This document shows, piece after piece, positions 1 through 12,169 of a DNA stretch of 64,000 nt. Under the pieces are notes generated by a model, which was not told the origin of the DNA, made no database searches, and saw nothing but the letters and a program-made list of their open reading frames with translations. The stretch's first letter is position 1. Each line of letters begins with the position of its first letter. The position numbers and the translations under genes are program-made. This DNA is from Curvularia clavata. Lineage: Eukaryota. The stretch spans positions 4,588,001 through 4,652,000 of the forward strand of contig CP089274.1 of assembly GCA_023920165.1 (NCBI GenBank), in the 5' to 3' direction.

Positions 1-1658
1 ACAGCTTGGTCCGATGGTTCATTGCGTGTGCTAGGACGACAGCAGTTATGCGTATCGCTTCGTATTTCCAGTCTTCTGCTGTAAGCACAGTATCCCTGGG
101 CATTTGATGTATGGTTGGGTATTGGGCAATGTGGCTAAACATGCCCGCGAGCTTGTCCGGGTTCCGCCGGGGGTTCCTCGACTCCTTGAGGAACTCAGCA
201 ATCATTGCTCGCATTTCATTTACGAGCTTCAGTGTGTTGGGCTGGTACTCGACTGATCTTGATCTTTCAATCGTCACATATTTTCCACGAGGACAGTATA
301 GCGGAGACTCTGGTACAGTGGCGTTAGGCGGGTACTCTTTTGTCGAATTGGCGATGCAGTATTCGACATACATTAGTGTTGGTGTCGATTCGCGTAGGAC
401 GGCAGTGGCGAGGTGTGCCCAGGAGACTGCAGATGCGAGAAGACCGTTCATGCCCAATTTGTTCAGCCCACCACGCTGCCTGATCATTCTCTCAATACCG
501 ACTTGGTGAAAAGTCAGACTTGTTTCTGTCCTGCCAATGACTTCGCCAAGGATAAGCTGGCTGACTGCAATGATGTTGGCATCATCCACCATTTTGTCAG
601 GATCGGTCAGGTTCCCTCCGACAAGATGAATGATATCCTGACGCAATGCTGCCGTTTCAAGGCTCTCAACTTCGCGCTGCATGATGACATCCTCATGTAT
701 AGCTGCCATGAACAGGGTACTGAGAAAAGTGTGGGGATGGTCAAGACACTTTGGAATCCATAGCCTCCCGAGACTTCGTGTTCCAAAGTAGGTTCGGCAG
801 TGGTGCTTCAGTTTCACGACCGAAACTCGTGGATTGTTGGACTGGAACATGGTCCGGAAGGGATCCAGGGACTCGCCTATGGATACCAAGGGCGGCATGT
901 TGTGGTGGTCAAACGGATAGTTGATGTCCGGCATTATGGGCACAACTATGGGGGCTTGGGGGATAGTGGACTGTAATGACCTTCGGGCTACCCGGGTATC
1001 AGAAACTGGTGGGCTATATTCTAGGGTCTGTGGTGTTGAAGATGTGTTGGGCGGAGTTGACTTGTTGGCGTTGTTGGTGCTCTTCTTTCTGGGTTGGCGA
1101 CTTTGCGACTCTCCACCTGACTGGGGGGATGCTGCGGAACCCTCACTACCCGCCCTTGACTTTGCATTCTCCTTGCTTTTTTCCGTCTTTAGATAACTGA
1201 CCATGGCAGTTTTGCGCACCTTGTGCATGGTGTCTCTGGACTTGAAGTCAGCGGGCGTGCCGCCGACGATCCAACACAGGCCCTCATTTTTGGGCGGTGC
1301 TTCAGTCGGCGAGACGCTCGATGTCTTTCGCGGACGCAATGCTACAGCACATGGTGTCAGTGTATGCGAGCACAGAAGAGACGACTAGGAGGCATGTGGG
1401 CGTGGCTGGTGCAGCATCGACCAGCCATGTCGGGTGGCTGCGGCAGGCCCTGGTGGAGGTCGGGCTAGGCGGCGTGTGGAGTACACAGATGTTCAGACGA
1501 AGAGAGCTTCGCTTACATTTTGAATCGGAGCGTGGCGACATCGGGGAGTAATGTGAGGTGGTGTCAGAGTCAACGGTGGATGCAGGTGAGGGATAGGCGA
1601 AATGCAAGGGAGGAAGGGTGGCGGCAAAGAAGGAGAGCTCAGCAGGAGGGGCAGTCAT
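1..1658 (-). CDS. Fungal-specific transcription-factor-domain protein (Fungal_trans_2/DUF3468-like); 3' end runs off the window
   Basis: ATG at 1658 (MTAPPAELS) and a GTAAGC..TAG intron at 1516-1342. An open minus frame follows, absent from the ORF track because it has no stop in the window: ...LDPFRTMF...WIPKCLDHPHTFLSTL...DDANIIAVSQL...HQVGIERMIRQRGGLNKLG. Confidence 0.65.
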
Positions 1659-2920
1659 TGTTGTCGACGGACTAGCTCGATGCTTCAAGGGGGTTCGCCC
1701 AGCACAATCAAGTCGACGAGATGTTGCAGACAAACGGACCATGCCTCGATCGGAACCAGCACAGGAGTAGTGGATCCGCACGAGGAGCGAGGAGATCGGT
1801 CAGATTCCAGGTAGGGCTGAGAGGATGGGGGCCATATGCATATATAGGCGGCCTGGTGCTGGTCCTGGTCCTGGAGGATGCGTGCAGGTGTGTGGGTGTG
1901 TGCCTTGCCCGTCAGGCTGAGCCCGCGCTGCACTCGCCGCGCACCTCGAGGCGGTCTAACAGTCGCCCTTGGTCGCACCGTCGCGCGGCCAGCACGCAGG
2001 CGAGCGTCATGCAGCATGCGTTGGGGGTTGTGTGGGTGTGGTGGTGCTGGGGCGCCATGTGCATGGCGGCGGAGAGCAGCCGTGGCTGTGTTCCTGAGAT
2101 GCTGGCACGGGCGAGTGAACGACGGTTCTGCCCTGCAACTGCTGGCCTGAAAGAAGGCCAATGCCTTGCGCCTCCCAGAGAGACTGACGGTGGCTCTGCA
2201 CACGCCCATTGGATGCGCTGCCTATCGCCTCACACGTGCGATGCTGACACCAATACCACCCTGGCTTTGGGTAGGGCTTAACCCACTCTCACCGCCTCTG
2301 CTGCCCTTCCGCGACATTTTCCACATACACCTACTGTCCTGCTCCCCCTTGTCTGGACATGTGCATCTCGGCCGCATGAGTCACAGATTAACATTTCATC
2401 GAGCAAAGGCTGCTAGGCTGAAGCCTGCCAACACCCAGTAGGGGGGTGTAGCTGCTCGCTCGCTGCACAAGACACGAGCTGTCATGCAATCCCACATTAC
2501 ACATGCACCTCGCACAACCAATGCAGCCATATCGCAACCGTTCGCTTACCACCGTACCGCCTGGCTGGATCCGCCATGCCCTTGGGGTCCAGATGGATAG
2601 GCAACGTGTTGGCAGAGGGCATGTCGGCCGATAGCTTCACCAATCACTATTTCCACCCTGCTCGGTGCGAAGCTCTGTCAGCAGCCCTGTGGGGCACATA
2701 CGCACCCGAAGCTTTTGGTCATTGGAAGATTCTTTTCATTCTACCACCATCTTGGGACCATGGCGGCAGCCTCAGGTCTTCGAAGCACCTGGATTCCCCG
2801 GCTGTACCAACACGACCTTGGCAGTGCGAGATGTGCCCTACACTTGAAACATGTTTCTCTTCGTATTAATACGTCTCTCTAAAAAAAACCCCTTCCTTGG
2901 GCAGCCCGTCCCTGCTGCCG

Positions 2921-5900
2921 TCAATTGTCGATGCCAAGACCAAAATAGTCCCCGGGGGCTTGCCGCCCTGTATGCGTCCCAGGACTAACTTCACCTTCGC
3001 CAGGACTAACACTGTCGCTCTCTCCCGACATTCCGCCAACGCTTTCAGCCCCAAATTCGTCGCCTAGTCCCCCCAGTCCGGCCAACGCACGATGTCCCCT
3101 CAACGGTACATTGAGCCGAGTAGAATCAAATGTGAAATGGGACTGGCCCACACCAGATTGTGCTGACGGCGTCTTCAGCTCGACAAGCTCCAGCGTGCTT
3201 CGGAGCGTCGCGCCTGACTCGTCCAGAGCCATGAGAAACCGCGCTAGTTCTTTACATAGCTCCCAATCACGCTCGTCTTTGGCACATTGTAGTAAGCGCA
3301 CTACCTGGTCTCCCGTAGCCCGCAGCTCTTCAAACGTGTGCAGTACCAACAGGTAGCCGCCCGCAGTCTTGAGGTTCCCTTTTTGGAGTGATTCCTCAAA
3401 CAGCTCTTCCGGTGGTGGTAGATTGGAGAATAGAGTTCTCCACGAACGCACCTCAGTCTTGCGAGTACATTGCACCACAATGTCAAGATACTGAGGGAAC
3501 GAACTCAAGAACGACAGTACGCTTGGCAGTAGTGCTTGCTCAATTGGTGGTTGAGTATCAACCTCTTCGTCCAATACTTCATGCAACAAAATCTCCAGGG
3601 CATGAGGAAAGTACAGCAAGTGCTGATAGTGATGGCTGAGATGCAGAGCTGCAGGGTGATTGAATTGAGCCAAGTGAGAGCGCAGCAATGCAGGGAGAAA
3701 CAAGTGGGTCTGCCGTATATGTCAGCTGGCAAGCACTCAAGTGCTGAGAGGCGCAAAGAAACTCACCCTTGTTCCAAAACGCAAAAAGGCAAAGTTTGTG
3801 TCCCTGCGCTGGATCAATTCCGACTCGACACCAAAGATAATGGCCTTGTTGATCAATGCAGAGAGGGGGTAGAAGTCGACGGGAATGTGTACCGGCGTGG
3901 GCAGCTCTCTGCCAATCTCGGGAGACACCGAAGCCAGGACGTCTTGCATATCGATCCACACTCGCATATTTTGGCCATCAAAAAACCACAGCGAGTCGCG
4001 TAAATCGTGCCCATGCATGCCATCCAATGTCAGCCCTACAGAAGGACTGGGCGGTAGAGAGTCCACCTGCATCTCGAGTGCAAAGGCAGGATGGTCGCGC
4101 ATGAGAGCATACGTCTCGACGTTTTGTGCAATAATGCGCATTTCATACTTGAGTTGACCGCCTTCTGTCGTAGTTGGCTGCAGCAGTACAAGTTTGCCAT
4201 CTACAAGAAACAATATCGTGGCTACCGACACATCTTGCGACGGGTCTCCACTGTCTACAATTTGTCAGTATCGGCGCCGCCGTTGTCTGATACAACTTAC
4301 GCATCTGGTCTTCGGGCAGGATCCAGCTGAGTGCTCGCACTCGTGGGGGCGCGCGGATAATGCCATGCAGCGCAATTTGGCCAACCTGAACTAGCTTGAC
4401 GCTGGCGTCTGCAACACTAATGACATAGTGGTATAGAACGTTTTCGTATGTATAGACCAGAAGTGAATCCTCTCCTGATGGCGCGATCAGAACAATTGGT
4501 GCAGGGAGCTTCTGCACATGCATGACACGGCCCTTTTCGAGAGCCGACTCTCGAGAATACACCCGGATCTAGACGTTATCAAGTCAGCATGGGCCATGCA
4601 GCATGTCTCACATTGAGCATACCTCGTGAGAGTCCTGACACTCGACTGCTGCAATCAGAACATGCTGAAACCAGCACATGCCCCCTCGGACAGTGAACTC
4701 GTTCTCCCCGAATGGGTCATCAAACATTTTCCAGCGCCCGCTATTAACGCTATAATGCGCAAGTCCTCTTTTGCCTGCTATGGCGACGTACCGGCCATCG
4801 TTTGAGATGACTGCACTTCTGATTGGCCACTGGTCAACGAGATAGGCCGAAGGAACCTGCACGTGGTGCCACAGAGAGACATCAGCCGAGATTGTCGTCA
4901 GGTCTGGAAGGTCATAGCCGCGGTAGATCATGAAGCCGGTGCTGGTCTGCATCAAAGAACGTGATATGTTGGCGGATGAGAAGCAACCAGTGACGGCGCT
5001 CCGAGCCATCTCTATGGTGTAGAGACGGTTCTCGTTGTTGGCCAACATCAAGAGTTCGGCGCCACCGCCGATCCAAATGGCCTCCTTGATGCTAAGAAGC
5101 CATCCCTCTTTGTTCGTTTCAGAGAGTGCCCTGTCTGCGGTGAAACTGGTAGCACCAGGCTTGCCATATACGCTCCACATTGCCCAGCCATTCTCATAAC
5201 CAGCAAACAAACAGTACCCATCGGGCGAGTAGGTAAGGATAGTCAATTGCCCAGGCGACGTGGTATTCGGGCGCAGCTTGTGAGAAAGAGGAATATTACC
5301 TGTGTAGTCCTTTGCAGTGTATACGAATACCTCCCCACTGGCGCTTCCAACTGCAAGCAGAGAGAATCGTGCATTGATTGCGGCCTTGACCCCTCTGTCC
5401 GCATCAGCCTCGGGCATGTGAAAGCCGTGCCCGCGAAACATGTTGGTTTCTGCGCTGTCTTTCTTCGTAGCTTTCTGGACGGCAAAGGCACGCCCGTCAT
5501 CAGTGATCCAACAAGATAGGTTCATAGGCCGGTCATGAACCATATCACGCAGTGCCGTCTTTTTTCCAATCCACGCCATTTTGGATAACAACTCGGTGCT
5601 CGTTTGGTTCCCAGTGCTGTCAGGGGCCCATCGAATGCACTGCACTGCGGCAGGCTTCTCCGTTGCAACAATCAGTTCATCATCTAGAGCGAGGGCTCGT
5701 ATTATTCCAGCGTCAACCCGTATGACCATGCGGAAACGCAGACTGAGCTCCGTGAAGCCATTGCCCTCTCCCGGCCCCGCATTGGTATCATGCTGCCGTT
5801 GTATCTTGAAGCCAGTGATTGCACTGCCTCTTCTTGTATGTCCTCCATGTGTGTTTGTGAATTGGGTCTTGTAGACGCGTGATGAACGATCTGTCGCAAG

Positions 5901-6428
5901 GGAGTACGTAATCAAATAGCCCAATGTAGTTTGTACGACGAATATCTGAGAGTCGGGACGGATGAGTACATCGATATTTGGCCCGTAGGTTTTGACGGAC
6001 TGTTCTGAGCGCAACACAGAGGCTAGAACAACGGTGGGCTATAGAGCAGTCAGCAATTGCCACCCAAGCAGGCGCGTACATTGTACCTTTGTCTGCCAGA
6101 CTGTGAGGGTTGTTCTCGTGAGGGTTGCGAAGAGGTGACCGCTCCTGGTCAATCTAACAGCAAGAATGGTTCCATGGATGTCGTCCTCTACCGGCTGGTT
6201 CGGAGCCGCCGTTTGTAGCAGCTGACCATCTCCCTTCTCTTCTACCACGCTTGTGTTGTTCACGACCTTGCTGTCTCCTGACTGAGAGTCTGAGCCAGGA
6301 TCTGACCAGGCGTGTCGGTCGCCTGACTGCTTGCCCTCTACACCATCGTGGGAGACAAGCGGGCCCCCCAGATCTGTACGTTTAGTAGCCGCGAAGACGG
6401 AGGGCGACGAGATAGGCCAATACGTCAT
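2921..6428 (-). CDS. RIC1: Ric1, WD40 subunit of the Ypt6/Rab6 GEF complex (multi-exon)
   Basis: Start MTYWP, beta-propeller segments, GKRGLAHYSVNSGRWKMF and C-terminal VVQCTRKTEVRSWRTLF / DWELCKELARFL. ORF pieces are joined by GT-AG introns. Confidence 0.9.
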
Positions 6429-7052
6429 GGCGCTTTACCACAAGCGATGGCTGCATTTGCGCGCGCCCACCTCACTGCGGGGATGTGTGCTTGACAAAGC
6501 TCATGCTAGCTGGCTGGATGCAGGGGAAAGTGGCTGTGGTGTCTGACGGTGAACTTGTCGATCCACGAGGCGCAGTACAGTGGTGGCTGCGTCCGTGCTT
6601 AGGTACGGAGATACTGGACTTGAAAGGCGACGCCAAACCGATCGTCCATTGAATCGGCGCAATATCATCATCGTACACTCCACTTTACACCGCCGTATGG
6701 GCTTGCAGCAGATAGTGAATCTCGGTAAGTGTAATCGTCGGTAGTGCTTAGGAAGGCGACCGGCTCCTACCTGGGCGCCCGCAGGTTGATTGAGATGTAA
6801 GCTCATAGCTACGCCTAGTGTGGTCCCACGAATCTGCATCGACATGGGCACCCCCGATACCCAGTCTGATCTGATGCTCGAAAACTACGGGTTGGCTTCT
6901 GATTGGACGACCGAGACCGAAATAGAGAACGAATGGTGCTTGAGCACATCGGCAGGCTCGGCGAAAGTTAGAGGTCGTAGGCCTGCTTGCTCTCTCATTT
7001 AACGTTTTGGATATATTTTGGATAACATTTCAATCCTCCATCAAATCCATTA

Positions 7053-7151
7053 GGTGAGATGGCCGAGTTGGTTATGGCGCCAGGTTAAGGTTATCTTAAC
7101 ATCATATTCCTGGTCACGAAAGTGGCGTGGGTTCGAGTCCCACTCTCATCA
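7053..7151 (+). tRNA. tRNA-Leu(AAG) with canonical 17-nt intron (7091-7107)
   Basis: Acceptor GGTGAGA/TCTCATC, anticodon arm CCAGG-TT-AAG-G[intron]T-CCTGG, long variable arm, intact GGTTCGAGTCC B-box and a T-run near 7186-7195. Confidence 0.93.
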
Positions 7152-7711
7152 GCATTCGTCTGGCTTCAGTCAGATACCCCAGGATCTTTTTTTTTGCAGT
7201 CGCGGAGGCTGGGATAGTTGTGAAGACTTGTGAGTTGGGTAGATTCTACTCAGATCACCAATATTTTTTGCTGGAGCTTAGAGTTGCAAGCAGCTCTATA
7301 GACGGGTCATTCTACCTTGTATTGTGTCGATTCTAATGTATCAATCGGAAGTTACTTTAGTGTTTGTCGTTATCTAGTATTGCGGTGTTCTCAGAAATCG
7401 AAGACCTGTTGCGAAGTGGTGGCGTGACTGCAGGCATAGAGCTCCAGGAAGCAGAGCTTACAACAGGTCCTTACGCACAGCTTCTAAACACCTTTTGGCT
7501 TAAAAACCTCCGATACAAGACGAGGGCAACATGCATCATTGACTTTGCGCTGTGTAGTCATGCGTACCTGAAGCACTGCGATGACGTACTACATACTTAT
7601 CCAGGACCCTGTAGATCTGCGCCAGAAAAATCACCCCCCAACATCCTGCTTTGTATCCAAAGCACCGTCACATGTTTGTAGAAGCAAAAATTTAGCTTCC
7701 TGTCATTTCCA

Positions 7712-8987
7712 ATGTCTGGTAATTCTAATTCAGACATTCTTATTGTGAGTGACTAGCTATATTGTCTACACAGGTACTTGCATGCGCGCCGTTGGATGGT
7801 ATACATCCAGACCTGCAGTGAGTACGATTCATGTATCTGTGGGGAGAGAACAGTATACTCGGATATATCAGTAAATGATAGCTGATGAAAAGAAAATAGG
7901 CTGGCGCAATCGCAGCCTTCACAGTTGATCTGCTTGTATACCCCCTCGACACACTGAAAACACGCATTCAATCTCCAAACTATGCAAAGATATACACGAA
8001 TCCTCAGACGGGGAAGCCCAATCCAGCACTATTCCGCGGTGTGTATCAAGGAATCGGAAGTGTAATAATCGCCACATTACCGTCTTGTAAGTAGCCTGCT
8101 CTTACTTCAATGTATTATTTCCAGCTTCATCACGAGATTTTGCGAGAAGAATAATATCAACCTGAACAACCCATCTGACACACACTTTAGCAGGAGCCTT
8201 TTTCACCACCTACGAGCGCACAAAATCCCTCTTTACACGCCTTAACACCACCACCAATTCGCCCCATGGCGTCCTCCCCATAGCCGTAATTCACGCCTCA
8301 GCCTCTTCCCTCGCTGAACTCGTTTCCTGTGCCATCCTCACCCCGGCAGAAGTTATCAAGCAAAATGCTCAAATGGTCTCTTCGTCCTCCTCTGCCTCTA
8401 ACGCCACTCTTCAAACCCTGTCTAAATTCCGCTCCAATCCCCTCGCACTGTGGCGTGGCTACACGGCTCTCGCTGGACGAAATCTACCCTTCACAGCGCT
8501 GCAGTTCCCGCTGTTGGAGCGCCTGAAAGAAGGGATTAAGCGGTACCGCGACGACCGGGGCCTGACGCGTGGCACGGTAGTGGAGAGCGGGTGCATCACG
8601 GCGTTTAGCGCAGGGAGCGCGGGTGCGGTTGCGGCTGTACTAACGACGCCCGTGGACGTCATCAAGACGAGAATTATGCTTGCGGCGGCTGAGAATTCAC
8701 CGTCGTCTTCGTCGGCGCCGGGGGGAAATGAACAGGGTGCCAAGCAAGCGCTCAAGAGTGCGGCGCAGAGTCTTGGTTCGGGACAGGAAAACGGGAGAAA
8801 GAGCAGTTGGAAGATTGGGCAGGAAATTGTGGCAGAGAAAGGACTCAAGGGTTTGTGGAGGGGCGGGGCTTTAAGGGCGGTATGGACGTTTATGGGCGCA
8901 GGTTTGTATCTAGGTGCGTACGAGAGTGGGAGGGTGTATTTGGCTAGTCGGAGAGGAGAGAAGCTGGATGAGGAAGATTTGCTGTAG
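7712..8987 (+). CDS. PET8: Mitochondrial carrier, S-adenosylmethionine carrier (Pet8/Sam5)-like
   Basis: Three carrier signatures (YPLDTLKTR, TPAEVIKQN, TPVDVIKTR) plus RNLPFTALQFP; two GT-AG introns in the 5' part. Confidence 0.8.
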
Positions 8988-9700
8988 TTAGGGCTGCAAT
9001 GAGAAAACACCAGTACGAATGGAGTACCAGAATATCTGGCGCCAATCATGGGTCTATGTTACGTTGAAATAGCTAGAGGGCAGGAGGATAGTGTGGAAGA
9101 TGTCTAACGAAGAGAATCTTGCTCAGGGTTCTGAAGAGACAAGGCTAGTATTTAGCAAGAAGAAGCTGAAATACACTACTGCTCCTGCAACTGCTAAGTA
9201 TCCTTGTTATTGCATGGTGACTATCGGCGACTTTCACCTCCTCGCAACAATATTCCAGAGCATGAGGGAAATATCACCTCACAAGATTGTCTCGCAACGG
9301 GGCGACACATTCCACTTGAAGTTAAGCACGACTTCAATGGTCTATAAATTAACCATTCTTCAAGCTGTGATTGTTTTCAGAAGCACATAGCTAGACCTAC
9401 CAACATGCGCTGGTCTTGAGTCAATCGAAATGGGTATAGAGCTTCAACCCTTGTAAAAATGGAGAAAGTCGTGCAATTATGTGACTGTAGTTGAGGTGCT
9501 GTAACGAACCAAAGGCTCTTGTAGCATGAAACAAGAACGTCAGAGCGAACGCAAAAAATCATCCTGGGTACAAAGACGCCATGCCATTATCACCAAAGAT
9601 AAAACTACCTGGTTTGGATCAACTTTAATCCACCTCCACCTTAACTATCCACCGCCTCCAGTAGGAAAGAGAGGCAAAAAGAAAGGTAAAAAAAGAATGT

Positions 9701-9848
9701 TGACAAGAGTGGGATTCGACTGTTGTGAATTAGCAAGGTTATTGTTGAAGCTAAATGTGGATATAACTTACACCCACGCCCGTGAAGACTGCGGAGGATG
9801 TTTAGAACGACCTAAACGCAGCGCCTTAGACCACTCGGCCATCTTGCC
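9701..9848 (-). tRNA. tRNA-Leu(TAG) with a canonical 16-nt intron (9795-9810) plus a 52-nt GT-AG spliceosomal-type insertion in the T-loop (9720-9771)
   Basis: Minus strand: GGCAAGA TG GCCGAGTGGTCTAAGGC G CTGCG TT TAG G[tcgttctaaacatcct]C CGCAG TCTTCACGGGC GTGGGT[gtaagt...gctaat tcacaacag]TCGAAT CCCAC TCTTGTC A; T7 run at 9688-9694. Confidence 0.88.
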
Positions 9849-10292
9849 TTAAGTAATTTATGAAAATCCGAGAGTTTTTAGCAAATATAATGGTGGGCAA
9901 AACCGCTAGGTCTCGATCTATCCATTAGCGTCTAGCATCTCGGCCCCCTCAAACCCCTCCTTTTTGGTTTTCATCAGATGATACGCCTCATTTTCGCGTC
10001 CACAAAGAGCGGGGCATTCGCTTGTACCTGCCCCGCTTTATTCCGAGCCGGCTTCAAGACACTCGACACAACCATCATTTGGACCAAGTTAGCAGGGACC
10101 ACTTCCAGACTCTCATTTTAAGTCATCTCCTGTGCAGACTGTAGCCATCTTATCCCCTTGTCGCTTTACTGGATTCACTTCGTTGGTTACCACCTACCAC
10201 CTATTCCTTACCGCTTTTTGACTTCACCTTACCTCCAAGGACAACGAATTTTCTGGAAGAAATTCGCAGAAAATTGAACGTCTTACGCAGCC

Positions 10293-10718
10293 ATGCCACC
10301 TCCGTTAGATGACCTGTTACTCTCTGTAAGTCACCAGGTGCATAGCCGGGTGTGCATGTTGATCTTCAGTTTCGCACAATGAAGCTTGCATACTGTAGCA
10401 TGATTATTTTAACATGTGTTTACGCTACTACTGTAGCATGGAGCTCTACATACACAGTATCAAATAAATCAGAGAACTTCCTTACAACTAATCCTGTCTC
10501 CATTTTAGCTTCTGTGACGCTCGTTCAGCGTGTCACTAACGACAGCACAGCTTCAGACATCCCTCCGAAACGCACTGGCGACCTTTGGGGCTGGCAGTAC
10601 GCAATACCGTAACATCAAGCTCATGGTCGACGAGCACATGGCTAAGCTTGCTATGGAAGGATTATCACTGACCTCGGGAGAAGCGCAAAAGGTTGACGGG
10701 GATGTGTGCATGGATTGA
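10293..10718 (+). CDS. Small (~66 aa) two-exon hypothetical protein
   Basis: GCCATG start, 11-codon exon, GTAAGT donor, CTAAC branch site and CAG acceptor in phase 0, continuing into LQTSLRNALATFGAGSTQYRNIKLMVDEH... Confidence 0.6.
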
Positions 10719-11140
10719 AACACTACATGCTTGGAAAGATGGATGATATCGCATTGTTTTTCTGCTACCTAGCTGGCGCTTTACGTTTTATAGAAGGTTG
10801 TAAAGAAACTGCATAGGTGAGGCGACGATCCAAAGGTCATATCGTTAATGGGAGTTAATGATACCCTTTTTGAACATGCAAAGCATAGAAAGACCCAGCT
10901 TAATATTCTGATAAAACTCCGTTGTATTAGAAAAAGTTTGCAATCGATATCGCAACTAAACAATTATGCAGATGCAACTACAGGAGCTTGAGGCAAATAC
11001 GGCTACGCAACACAGGTGGAGAGAATAGAAGCGCGGCGTCATACCCCTAAGATATAAGACTACAATAATTTCTGGGAAGCTCAGCTCAACATGTTCAGAA
11101 AACCCAGGACGCCACTTAACTGCAGTGATCTCTCTGAATT

Positions 11141-11354
11141 ATACTCTATGTAGGCAAATACGAACGATACGACGCTATTTTCTGCTGCCGACTGCAGCTG
11201 CCTTTTTTTCCTTATTGCTCTGCTAACTTATTCCCATAATAGTGACTAGACTGTTGGTACTAAGCTGGATTATGGACACACAAGACACGCTATATCAGTA
11301 GCAAAGATATATAACTGTTTTAGCGAAGCGAAGCGTTGCAGCAAAGGTATCTAG
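11141..11354 (+). mobile_element. Degenerate non-autonomous Helitron-like element (3' end recognisable, 5' end uncertain)
   Basis: Imperfect subterminal hairpin GCGAAGC-GAA-GCGTTGC, followed after ~11 nt by CTAG (11351-11354) and then T. Confidence 0.4.
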
Positions 11355-12169
11355 TGTTAATCCACGCACCAAGAGGGTTGGCTATGGTACGTAAGAAAAC
11401 ACGCTCAAGCAATAGCAAATGTTCTTCTTGTTAGACATCTACTATGCCACAGGCCCAATCTCGACACGATCTTGACATCAGTAGTATTAGTACAAGCGCA
11501 ACCGCCATTGGAGTTGTCCTGATCTCAGCAAGCATGCCCTGAGCACCCAAGCTACCAATTTAGCTTTGCTGCACCTCTACTATCCAACTTTCGCACGCGT
11601 GAAAAGAGAACGTCTAACTAACATGGTCAAACAATATATTTCAACAAGAGGTCCAATTCGTTTACTGCTGACCCTTCCATCAATACCAAACCAAAACGCA
11701 CAAACGCGAGTTATCCCTTAGCAAACTCAGCAACTTTTGAAAATTATTTTCATAAGCAATTCCTGTGATCTCGCTACAAAGTAGCCTCGACCCATCGGTT
11801 ATTACCAGTTTTTCCTGTACCAGTGGACAGTAAATAATCAACCACGTGCAGTGATAGTACATTGAAGACTTTTATACAGTGTTACTCCGCGAGTGCAGCC
11901 TAGAGGGGACACATCCAAGCTATTGTTACGTCATAATAGCGGGTTTTTCTACTTTCAGTTTGAAAGTGAATGTGAGAGCGGGCAGACGGCGCCAGGCACC
12001 CATACCTATCTCACCGCGCCCACAATCTTTCTTTTACTTACCAAATACTAAACCTATACCCATTACCCATACTCATACATCCCGCTCGTCTACTTCAGGT
12101 CTTTTCAAACCAACATATACAGTCCTCTTCCTTCTGTTTCTATCAGGATCATCTTAATTGATCTGCTCA

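Noticed and set aside
1685..2869. ORFs between the TF-domain gene and RIC1
   Set aside because: They look like GC-rich promoter/UTR sequence with no protein-like signal.
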